Shown here: piece after piece, positions 24,045 to 35,599 of the stretch
Layout of the letters: each line of letters starts with the position of its first letter
How positions within the stretch are numbered: position 1 is the first letter of the stretch
Assembly (NCBI GenBank): GCA_950097015.1
Contig: CATNEN010000008.1
Location: 2,480,001 to 2,544,000, forward strand
Source of the DNA: Macrostomum hystrix
Taxonomy: Eukaryota > Animalia > Platyhelminthes
Direction: 5' to 3'
Length of the DNA stretch: 64,000 nucleotides
The notes under the pieces: generated by a model
Databases searched by the model: none
Seen by the model: only the letters and a program-made list of their open reading frames with translations
What the model was told of the DNA's origin: nothing
Made by a program: the position numbers and the translations under genes

Positions 24045-24871
24045 GCTACTACTACAAATAATATACTAAAGGCTAAAATGACTAAAACTTTGCTCAAAAC
24101 TGCAGAGATGCGCAGGACAATGGCTGGTGCTGTTGTAGGCATAGACAACGTCGTAGTGTCAACTTTGTCAATCGTCACATCATGGCTCCCATCCAGGCGA
24201 TTTTCTCAAAGCACAGGTAGTCACAGGTAGCTAATGATCTGAAAGTAGCAGCTATACGAGCTCGTACAGAACTATACTTTTCAGTTGAATTGGGAAACAT
24301 GATACTGATCTAGCCTCAACTAATTCTTGTTAACAAACCTTTTCATAACACCTTGACAACAGAAAGTCCATCAGGAAACCCAAAGCTAACCCAAAATCAC
24401 ACATTTAAGAAAAAACTAAACCTTTCATTTTTTTACTGAAGTAGTGTTGACAACTCGAAGTCCTTCTACAAGTAACACTTTATTTCATTACAACTTTTCA
24501 ACTGTTCGGATTGCAATCCTTAGTTTCCATTGTCTAATGTTATTAACAGAGTGCGTTTGCTTTTGCCACCGCAGCCCTCGTGCAAATGTAGCAGCCGTTC
24601 TCGCTGTGCGGTTTCTAATTGCCCTAATTTCTATTATTTGTACTTTGGTCTCACGTGAGTGACGTGTTACCTTGGTAGCTGAATGTGCCCGAGCGGTAAG
24701 GCACTCCCTAATATTCTAATTCCAGTCTTCCGGGGCTTTGCGCGGTGGATTGAAGTTGCCCAGTAGTCACGATCAGTAGACTGGAGGGGTGAGAATTCCT
24801 TCTTAATACAGTCGGGAATTGCATATTTATACCTTACTGATCATACATTACGTATGATTTCAGTATAGTTA

Positions 24872-27800
24872 CTAGCAAGTTTTGCCCCCCTTCGGGGAGC
24901 AGAAATACTTTTAATTCGTCTAGTATATACTTTTTAGCAGCTGAATTTACAGCTTTTTAAAGCTACAATGAACCCCCAGTTGACAATGATCCCCCAGTTG
25001 ACAATGATCCCCCAGTTGACAATGAACCCCCAGTTGACAATGAACCCCCAGTTGACAACGATCCCCCAGTTGACAATGATCCCCCATTTGACAATGATCC
25101 CCCAGTTGACAATGATCCCACAGTTGACAATGATCCCCCAGTTCACAATGATCACCCAGTTGATGATGATCCCCCAGTTGATGATGATCCCCCAGTTGAA
25201 AATGATCCCCCAGTTGACAATGATCCCCCAGTTGACAATGATCCCACAGTTGACAATGATCCCCCAGTTGACAAAGATCCCCCAGTTGACAATGATCACC
25301 CAGTTGATGATGATCCCCCAGTTGATGATGATCCCCCAGTTGAAAATGATCCCCCAGTTGACAATGATCCCCCAGTTGACAATGATCCCCCAGTTGACAA
25401 TGATCCCCCAGTTAACAAAGATCCCCCAGTTCACAATGATCCCCCAGTTGATGAAGTCTCCCCATTGATGATGATCCCCAGTTAACAATGTTCCTCCATT
25501 TGACAATGTTCCCCCAGTTGACAATGATCCCCCAGTTGATGATGATCACCCAGTTGACAATGATCCCCCAGTTGACAATGATCCCCCAGTTGACAATGAT
25601 CCCCCAGTTGACAATGATCCCCCAGTTGATGATGATCCCCCAGTTGAAAATGATCCCCCAGTTGACAATGATCCCACAGTTGACAATGATCCCCCAGTTG
25701 ACAATGATCCCCCAGTTGATGAAGTCTCCCCATTGATGATGATTCCTAGTTAACAATGTTCCTCCAGTTGACAATGTTCCCCCAGTTGACAATGATCCCC
25801 CAGTTGATGATGATCACCCAGTTGACAATGATCCCCCAGTTGACAATGATCCCCCAGTTGACAATGATCCCGCCGGTTGACAATGATCCCACAGTTGACA
25901 ATAATCCCGCCGGTTGACAATGATCCCACAGTTCACAATGATCCCCCAGTTGATGAAGTCTCCCCATTGATGATGATTCCTAGTTAACAATGTTCCTCCA
26001 GTTGACAATGTTCCCCCAGTTGACAATGATCCCCCAGTTGATGATGATCACCCAGTTGACAATGATCCCCCAGTTGACAATGATCCCGCCGGTTGACAAT
26101 GATCCCACAGTTGACAATGATCCCACAGTATACAATGATCCCCCAGTTGACAAAGATCCCCCAGTTCACAATGATCCCCCAGTTGACAAAGATCCCCCAG
26201 TTCTCAATGATCCCCCAGTTGATGATGCTCCCCAGTTGATGATGATTCCCCAGTTGACAATTATCCCCCAGTTGACCATTACCCCCCAGTTGACAATGAT
26301 CTCTCAGTTCACAATGACCCCCCAGTTGACAATGATCCCCCAGTTGACAATGAACCCCCAGTTGACAATGAACCCCCAGTTGACAAAGAACCCCCAGTTG
26401 ACAATGATCCCCCATTTGACAATGATCCCCCAGTTGACAATGATCCCCCAGTTGACAATGATCCCCCAGTTGACAATGATCCCCCAGTTGACAATGATCC
26501 CCCAGTCGACAATTATCCCCCAGTTTACCATGATCCCCCAGTTCACCATGATCCCCATTTTGATGATGACTCCCCAGTTGACGTTGATTTTTCAAACGCT
26601 GGGTTAGCCAAGATTCAAACTCAGGTTTCGCCATGTTTTAAACCCTGGTGGGCTATGATTCAAACTCTCGTTTTGCCATGATTCAGACTCTGGTTGGCTA
26701 TGATTCAAACTCTGGTTTAGCCAAGATTCAAACTCTGGTTTTGCCATGATTCAGACGCTGGTTTAGCCATGATTCAAACTCTGGTTTAGCCATGATCCAG
26801 ACTCTGGTTTAGCCTTGATTCAGACTCTGGTTTAGCCATGATTCAGACTCTGGTTTAGCCATGATTCAGACTCTGGTTTAGCCATGATTCAGACTCTGGT
26901 TTAGCCATGATTCAGACTCTGGTTTAGCCATGATTCAGACTCTGGTTTAGCCATGATTCAGACTCTGGTTTAGCCATGATTCAGACTCTGGTTTAGCCTT
27001 GATTCAGACTCTGGTTTAGCCATGATTAAGACTCTGGTGTAGCCATGATTCAGACTCTGGTTTAGCCTTGATTCAGACTCTGGTTTAGCCATGATTCAGA
27101 CTCTGGTGTAGCCATGATTCAGACTCTGGTTTAGCCATGATTCAGACTCTGGTTTAGCCTTGATTCAGACTCTGGTTTAGCCATGATTAAGACTCTGGTG
27201 TAGCCATGATTCAGACTCTGGTTTAGCCATGATTCAGACTCTGGTTTAGCCATGATTCAGACTCTGGTTTAGCCTTGATTCAGACTCTGGTTTAGCCATG
27301 ATTCAGACTCTGGTTTAGCCATGATTAAGACTCTGGTGTAGCCATGATTCAGACTCTGGTTTAGCCATGATTCAGACTCTGGTTTAGCCATGATTCAGAC
27401 TCTGGTTTAGCCATGATTCAGACTCTGGTTTAGCCATGATTCAGACTCTGGTTTAGCCATGATTCAGACTCTGGTTTAGCCATGATTCAGACTCTGGTTT
27501 AGCCATGATTAAGACTCTGGTGTAGCCATGATTCAAGATCTGGTTTAGCCATGATTCAAACTCTGGTTTAGCCATGATTTAAACTCTGGTTTAGCCATGA
27601 TTCAAACTCTGGTTTAGCCATAATTCAAACCCTGGTTTAACCATGATTCAAAATCTGGTTTCCAAAATTAAAATTAAAAAATTTGCTTTGCATCCATCAC
27701 TACTGACTGAAAATTATTTTAAATATTTGACGCAGTGCAGATTTGGTTTAGTTTAGTCTGGTTTAGTCATGATTAAAACTCTGGGTTAGCCTTGATTCAA

Positions 27801-28494
27801 ACTCGGGATTAGCCATGATTCAAACTCTGGGTTGGCATAAGGGAATTAAAAATTTCCCACTTTGACGCAGTGCAGAGTCGAACCAAGGACACTTCGCCTT
27901 GCCTAGCCTAACCTATTCCTAGTGCCTACACATCGGCTATTCCTTATTATTAGCCTTATAAAATGAATTCTCAAAGTTCTGGCTTTGTACAAATAGAGTA
28001 CACTTATAGGTTCTGTCCAGATCGTGCAGGCTTCTAACTCAGTCAGCTAGGGAGTGTTGCGCAAGTTGACGATGCAATTCCAATTTAGCGGCAGTCAGTG
28101 AAATTCTGACATGGGTGTGAAAAGATGTGATGCAATCTATTTATAAATAAATTCGCACTGACTGTCTCGCCAGTGGGGTTGACACAGTGAAATTCTTATC
28201 AGTGTACTCACTTTTAACAAAACTGGCCCTGATGCAATCATTAAAATTGGCAGTGGTGTGCACGTTGACAAAACTGGCTCTGATTGAATGCATTAAAAAT
28301 CCTATCTAAAACAGTTTTTCGAATATTTAATCCCTTTAGCAATAAATTTAAGCTTAATAAAAATACGTGTATAATTGTCCCCATAATTGGCATCTTTTGG
28401 TGAAAAATAGTGAAAATCGGTTAAGCCGTTTTTGAGAAAATCGATCGCGCATACATATATATATATAGATAGTTTTCATCTTTAGTTATATAGA
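24872..28494 (-). mobile_element. Non-autonomous Helitron H2 (complete, 3623 bp)
   Basis: 5' TCTATATAACTAAAGATG at 28494; 3' hairpin + CTAG at 24872-75 followed by host T; no TSD; no Rep/helicase ORF. Confidence 0.9.
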
Positions 28495-31400
28495 CTAGCA
28501 AGTTTTGCCCCCCTTCGGGGAGCAGAAATATTTTTAATTCGTCCAGTATACACTTTTTAGCAGCTGCATTTTCAGCCTTTTTACGCTACAATGATCAGTT
28601 GACAATGATCCCCCAGTTGATAAAGATCCCCCAGTTGACAATGATCCCCCAGTTGACAATGATCCCCCCGTTGACAAAAATCCCCCAATTGATGATGATC
28701 ACGCAGTTGATTATGATCCCCCAGTTGACAATAATCCCTCAATTGATGATGATCACGCAGTTGACAATGATCCCCCAGTTAATGATGACTCCCCATTGAT
28801 GATGATCCCCAGTTGACAATGTTCCCACAGTTGACAATGATCCCCGAGTTGACAATAATCCCCCAATTGATGATGATCACGCAGTTGACAATGATCCCCC
28901 AGTTAATGATGACTCCCCATTGATGATAATCTCCAGTTGACAACGTTCCCCCAGTTGACAATGTTCCCACAGTTGACAATGATCCCCCAGTTGATGATGA
29001 TCAACAAGTTGACAATGATCCCCCCAGTTCACAATGATCCTCCGGGTGATGATAAACCCCAGTTGACAATGATCCCCCAGTTTACAATGATCCCACAGTT
29101 GACAATGATCCCCAGTTGACAATGATCCCCCAGTTGACATTGACAATGATCTCACAGTTGACAATGATCCCCCAGTTGACATTGACAATTATCCCCCCAG
29201 TTGACCATGATCCCGCATTTGATGATGACTCCCCAGTTGACAATTATCCCCCAGTTGACAATTATCCCCCCGTTGACAATGATCCTCCAGTTGACCATGA
29301 TCCCCCAGTTGACGATTATCCCCCAGTCGACAATTATCTCTCAGTTGACTATGATCCCCCATTGATGGTGATCCCAGTTGACAATGTTCCCCCAGTTGAA
29401 CATGATCCCCTAGTTGACAATGATCCCCCAGTTGATTATGATCCCGCATTTGGTGATGTTTCCCCGTGACAATTATCCCCCAGTTGACAATTATCCCCCA
29501 GTTGACAATGATCTTCCAGTTGACAATGATCCCCCAGTTGACAATTATCCCCCAGTTTACCATGATCCCCCAGTTGACGATTATCCACCAGTTCTGGTTT
29601 AGCAATGATTCAAACGCTGGGTTAGCCATGATTCAAGATCTGGTTTAGCCATGATTCAAACTCTGGTTTAGCCATGATTCAGAATCTAGTTTAGCCATGA
29701 TTAAGACACTGGTTTAGCTATGATTCAAATTCTGGTTTAGCCATGATTCAGACTCTGGTGTAGCCATGATTCAGACTCTGGTTTAGCCATGATTCAAACT
29801 CTAGTTTAGCCATGATTAAGACGCTGGTTTAGCTATGATTCAAATTCTGGTTTAGCCATGATTTAAACTCTGGTTTAGCCATGATTCAGACTCTAGTTTA
29901 GTCATGATTCAGACTCTGGTTTAGCCATGATTCAGACTCTGGTTTAGCCATGATTCAGACTCTGGTGTAGCCATGATTCAGACTCTGGTTTAGCCATGAT
30001 TCAGACTCTGGTTTAGCCATGATTCAGACTCTGGTTTAGCCATGATCCAGACTCTGGTTTAGCCTTGATTCAGACTCTGGTTTAGCCATGATTCAGACTC
30101 TGGTTTAGCCATGATTCAGACTCTGGTTTAGCCATGATTCAGACTCTGGTTTAGCCATGATTCAGACTCTGGTTTAGGCATGATTCAAACTCTGGTTTAG
30201 CCATGATTCAGACTCCAGTTTTGGCATGATTCAGACTCTGGTTTAGCCATGATTCAGACTCTGGTTTAGCCATGATTCAGACTCTGGTGTAGCCATGATT
30301 CAGACTCTGGTTTAGCCATGATTCAGACTCTGGTGTAGCCATGATTCAGACTCTGGTTTAGCTATGAGCCATGATTCAGACTCTGGTGTAGCAATGATTC
30401 AGACTCTGGTTTAGCCATGATTCAGACTCTGGTTTAGCTATGATTCAAACTCTGGTTTAGCCATGATTCAGACTCTGGTGTAGCCATGATTCAGACTCTG
30501 GTTTAGCCATGATTCAGACTCTGGTTTAGCTATGAGCCATGATTCAGACTCTGGTGTAGCAATGATTCAGACTCTGGTTTAGCCATGATTCAGACTCTGG
30601 TTTAGCTATGATTCAAACTCTGGTTTAGCCATGATTCAGACTCTGGTGTAGCCATGATTCAGACTCTGGTTTAGCCATGATTCAGACTCTGGTTTAGCTA
30701 TGAGCCATGATTCAGACTCTGGTGTAGCAATGATTCAGACTCTGGTTTAGCCATGATTCAGACTCCAGTTTTGCCATGATTCAGACTCTGGTTTAGCCAT
30801 GATTCAGACTCTGGTTTAGCCATGATTCAGACTCTGGTGTAGCCATGATTCAGACTCTGGTTTAGCCATGATTCAGACTCTGGTTTAGCTATGAGCCATG
30901 ATTCAGACTCTGGTGTAGCAATGATTCAGACTCTGGTTTAGCCATGATTCAGACTCTGGTTTAGATATGATTCAAACTCTGGTTTAGCCATGATTCAGAC
31001 TCTGGTGTAGCCATGATTCAGACTCTGGTTTAGCCATGATTCAGACTCTGGTTAAGCCATGATTCAGACTCTGGTTTAGCCATGATCCAGACTCTGGTTT
31101 AGCCTTGATTCAGACTCTGGTTTAGCCATGATTCAGACTCTGGTTTAGCCATGATTCAGACTCTGGTTTAGCCATGATTCAGACTCTGGTTTAGCCTTGA
31201 TTCAGACTCTGGTTTAGCCATGATTCAGACTCTGGTGTAGCCATGATTCAGACTCTGGTTTAGCCATGATTCAGACTCTGGTTTAGCCATGATTCAAACT
31301 CTGGTTTAGCCATGATTCAGACTCTGGTTTAGCCATGATTCAGAATCTAGTTTAGCCATGATTAAGACACTGGTTTAGCTATGATTCAAATTCTGGTGTA

Positions 31401-32824
31401 GCAATGATTCAGACTCTGGTTTAGCCATGATTCAGACTCTGGTTTAGCCATGATTCAGACTCTGGTTTAGCCTTGATTCAGACGCTGGTTTAGCCATGAT
31501 TCAGACTCTGGTTTAGCCATGATTCAAGATCTGGTTTAGCCATGATTCAAGATCTGGTTTAGCCATGATTCAAACTCTGGTTTTGCCATGTTTCAGACTC
31601 TGGTGTAGCCATGATTCAGACTCTAGTTTAGCCATGATTAAGACGCTGGTTTAGCTATGATTCAAATTCTGGTTTAGCCATGATTCAGACTCTGGTTTAG
31701 CCATGATTCAGACTCTGGTTTAGGCATGATTCAAACTCTGGTTTAGCCATGATTCAGACTCCAGTTTTGCCATGATTCAGACTCTGGTTTAGCCATGATT
31801 CAGACTCTGGTTTAGCCATGATTCAGACTCTGGTGTAGCCATGATTCAGACTCTGGTTTAGCCATGATTCAGACTCTGGTTTAGCTATGAGCCATGATTC
31901 AGACTCTGGTGTAGCAATGATTCAGACTCTGGTTTAGCCATGATTCAGACTCTGGTTTAGCTATGATTCAAACTCTGGTTTAGCCATGATTCAGACTCTG
32001 GTGTAGCCATGATTCAGACTCTGGTTTAGCCATGATTCAGACTCTGGTTTAGCCATGATTCAGACTCTGGTGTAGCCATGATTCAAACTCTGGTTTAGCC
32101 ATGATTCAGACTCTGGTTTAGCCATGATTCAGACTCTGGTTTAGCCATGATTCAGACTCTGGTTTAGCCATGATTCAGACTCTGGTTTAGCCATGATTCA
32201 AACTCTGTTTTAGCCGGTGTGCTATGATTTATGATATTTTATTTACGAAATGAAAAAAATAAATTAAAATAGTCTTCAAACACTACTGGCTGAAAATTAG
32301 TCTAAATGATTTGACGCAGTGCAGAATCGAACCCTAGCCTAGCCTAACCTATTCCTAGTGCCTACACATCGGCTATTCCGACTGTTGGTTAGTGGGTGCA
32401 AAAATCAGCCTTATAAAATGAATTCTTAAAGTTCTGGCTTTGTATAATGAAGTAAGAAAATAGAGTACACTCAGTCTCGCGGTTTGTTGTGTACATTTAT
32501 TTCCAATTTGTCTCCAGAGTGCAGGCTTTTAACTCAGTCAGCTAGTGGGTGTTGTGCAAGTTGATGATGCAATTCTAACTCAGTGGCAGTCAGTGAATGA
32601 AATTCTCAATAGGCCAAGATAGTTTGACCTTTGAAATGGTCAAAAAACATGTTTTTCGAATATTTAATCCCCTTAGCAATAAAGTTAAGCTTAATAAAAA
32701 TACGTGTATAATTGTCCCCATATTTAGCATCTTTTGGTGAAGAAATGGTGAAAATCGGTTGAGCCGTTCGGGAGAAAATCAATTACAAACATACAAACAA
32801 GATTTTCATTTTTAGTATATTAGA
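28495..32824 (-). mobile_element. Non-autonomous Helitron H3 (4330 bp; family-A head, same 3' end type as H2)
   Basis: 5' TCTAATATACTAAAAATG at 32824. Hairpin 28507-28523 and CTAG 28495-98 abut the TC of H2. Confidence 0.9.
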
Positions 32825-33152
32825 CTAGCTGCCTTCGCTACCCTCTGGGTAGCCTCACTGGAGTTCTTATCAGTTCGTTATCAAAACTGGCTCTGATGCA
32901 ATCATTAAAATTGGCACTGGAGGCCTCACTGTGCACAAGCTGTAAACAAGAATGCATTAGAAAAGCCTATTTAAAACTGTTTTTCGAATATTTAATCCCC
33001 TTGGCAATGGAATTAAGCTTAATAAAATTACGTGTACCGATTCCGGCCCAATTGTGATCTTTTGGCGAAGGAATTTTGAAAATCGGTTGAGCCGTTCGGG
33101 AGCTAGTCGATTGCAAACAAACATACAAGATTTTCATTTTTAGTATATTAGA
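32825..33152 (-). mobile_element. Short non-autonomous Helitron H4 (328 bp)
   Basis: Host A then TCTAATATACTAAAAATG at 33152. Different 3' hairpin GCTACCC-AGA-GGGTAGC (32837-53), 8 nt, then CTAG 32825-28 abutting the TC of H3. Confidence 0.9.
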
Positions 33153-33160
33153 TCTGTCTC

Positions 33161-33329
33161 GAGTAATACACTCTAAACAGTAAGGCAGTACGCCTTAATT
33201 ATATCAACAGTACGTTGATATACCCTAAAAAGACAATACGTCTTAGCTAAATCAACAATACGTTGATATACCTTATCAGTTATTCAGAACTAGTACAGTT
33301 CAAATTTGGATAGAACTAATGCAGCTCTA
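33161..33329. other. Array of short hairpins sharing an A(G/A)TAC loop
   Basis: Six perfect inverted repeats with 4-9-bp stems and loop AGTAC or AATAC, plus one degenerate copy (see findings). Confidence 0.85.
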
Positions 33330-34073
33330 ATCCCCTTTGAAATAATTGACTCAACGTTATTTATTTAAAGAACAGTTATTCGTATATGGCCTTTTTGCTC
33401 TAAATGATTTGAGCGCCAAGCGAGAGCGCATATTTTGACGATGTAAAATCCCTCCTATTTATATAAAATATTTGAGGTGGCGGGAAAAAGTAAAACAAAT
33501 GTTGTGACAAAATTCTTTTTTAAAGGAAACTACTAATTATTATAAGGAAAAAAAAAACGTCTAACATACTAATAGGATACATTTCGTTAGATAATTCGTT
33601 GACAAAATTTATTTACATCAAAAGGTTTTAAAACAATACTAATAAAATTCTATCTATCTCACAAATATTCTTAATATTAATTTTTTAAATCAATAAAAAA
33701 TAGCTCACTTTTTAAGGTTCGGCTGTGGGAGTTATTAAGAAAATAACAATAAACCCGAATTATATTAGAGCGTAAAAGAATATTAAATATCAATCAATCA
33801 CGAAGTTCAAGGATAAATTCTTAAAATAAACCCCAGTCGATGTATATTTTTCTGACTACATTTTAATTGATAAATCATTTTCAACCGGACTCTTTAAATA
33901 TATTACTTTATCAGTTGGTTTAGTTTTAGTCAAAAAAGCATTCAAGTGACGATCGCTGTTCCACAGGCAGCTATTTTTAGAGAATGTCATAAGCTCTGAA
34001 TAAAACTATGAGAAGTGCTTGACTGTCAGTGGAGGCGTCCTACACTGATTGTCAATCATCCAGTTCCTTGCAG

Positions 34074-35528
34074 TCAGATCACGTAGACACCAGTGGCAGA
34101 TTCCAGATTTCGGTCGCAGTTCTCGTACTTTTTGGCCACAGTGGCGTCTGACAATGCTCTTCCAGGAGCTGCCAGTCCGGACTGCAAAGAATCACAAAAC
34201 ATCGGCATCGGCATACTCAACGATTCACGTCGGCGTGACTGGTGGCAAAAATCCACCAATGTATGCAGAATTATTTTCTTTTGAATGTAAGCATGTCGGC
34301 TGTCTATTTTTGTTATTTTTTATGCAACTAATACAAAAAATAAAATTATAGAAATATTTCAATTAAAAGAATAATAAAACTAATAAAAACTGGTCTTTCT
34401 TCTGTTAATCGACTTATAAAAGGCCTCCTAATCTCTAGGAATGTAAAACACAGAGCAGTTAGTTACCATGGCGACAGACTCGGCAGCTGTTGAAGCACTA
34501 TCAGAAGCGGCGTCGCATCGAATGAAGCCGAGCTGAGATGGCAACGGGATACAGTGCTGCTTTTAGTGGTCACTAACAATCTGTTAAAATGCTACTCCTA
34601 GTCGATTACTCACGGAGCACAGGACCAGCAGGGCCAGGCTGAGCAGGACTGTGGCTGCAAGGAGGCCAGACAGAAACGCAGCCACAGCAATGCTGAGCAG
34701 CTCAGCCTCGTCTCGCTGGCTGCAGCTCCACTGGGCTGAGGCTGTGTGGACAGGCTGGAATCTCACTACCGGTGGTAGAGTCTGGGCTGCGCTGCACACG
34801 ATCCTGCCATCAAGCAGCTGCGGGATCTGCCCCTCCTCAATGCCGACCTCTCCGACTGTCCAGACACTGATCAGGCCTCCGTACTTTAAGATCTGGAAAG
34901 CCAAATCGCGAACCGGTGCACCTTTGTGTGAGAATTTTACTTACGCGAGTGAACTGAAGTGAAACTCACCCCCTGTGACAGACAGGTGAGGCTCAGATTC
35001 ACTCCACTGAAATGAGCGCTGCACCTGTGCTCAGGCACCGGCTGAGCTGCAGATGAGCTGAACTGCACTATCACATCTGACAGGTTCTGACAGCTGTCAA
35101 ATGAGACTGCCACTCTTGATGGCGGATCTGCAAACATCATGAACTCAACTTTTAACTTTCGCAGCATTGAATTCAAGGTAATCTAGGTAATTAACTAAAG
35201 CCAGACACGGACGCTAAACCATTCACCAAGAGCTCACACAGCACGGAGACGGAGCTTGAGTCTTCAACGGAGCCCAGCCTGCAGGAGTAGTTTCCCGAGT
35301 GCGAGGGCTGAGCACTGCCGATCAGCAGCTGGAGTTCATTGGTGCAGCTGCCGTTTGGAAAGCAGAGCTGCGGCCTGCTCAAGTTTGTGCTCAGGCCGGA
35401 GTCCATGCAGAGCAGTGAGCAGTTCACCGAAAATGAAGTGTTCACTGCCACCAACCGCTCAGCTGATAGCGCTGAAGAGATTGGGAATACTTGTTTATTA
35501 TTATGACTATTATTATTATTATTATTAT

Positions 35529-35599
<71 letters not shown>

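Larger units (their letters stand above)
16842..28490 (+). repeat. Tandem segmental duplication, offset 5847 bp (16842-22643 / 22689-28490)
   Basis: All ORFs between 17189 and 20787 recur at +5847. The left breakpoint lies inside the Penelope ORF 3' end. 45-bp filler at 22644-22688. Confidence 0.95.

Noticed and set aside
27860-27950. B-box-like GGTTCGACTC on the minus strand inside the Helitron body
   Set aside because: The upstream A-box match is poor and no cloverleaf forms; insufficient for a tRNA or SINE call.
4803-28490. Assembly artefact as the explanation for the two tandem duplications
   Set aside because: Copy 2 of the first duplication has a 96-bp internal difference and both junctions carry templated filler, which mis-assembly would not normally create. 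Read support is still needed.
19087-29648. QLTMIP / NWGIIV / LGDHCQ / PPVDND repeat ORFs
   Set aside because: All frames of an 18-bp satellite inside non-autonomous Helitrons; frequent frame breaks and no splice context.
19025-33152. Autonomous Helitron (Rep/helicase)
   Set aside because: No ORF with HUH or PIF1 helicase motifs anywhere in the window.
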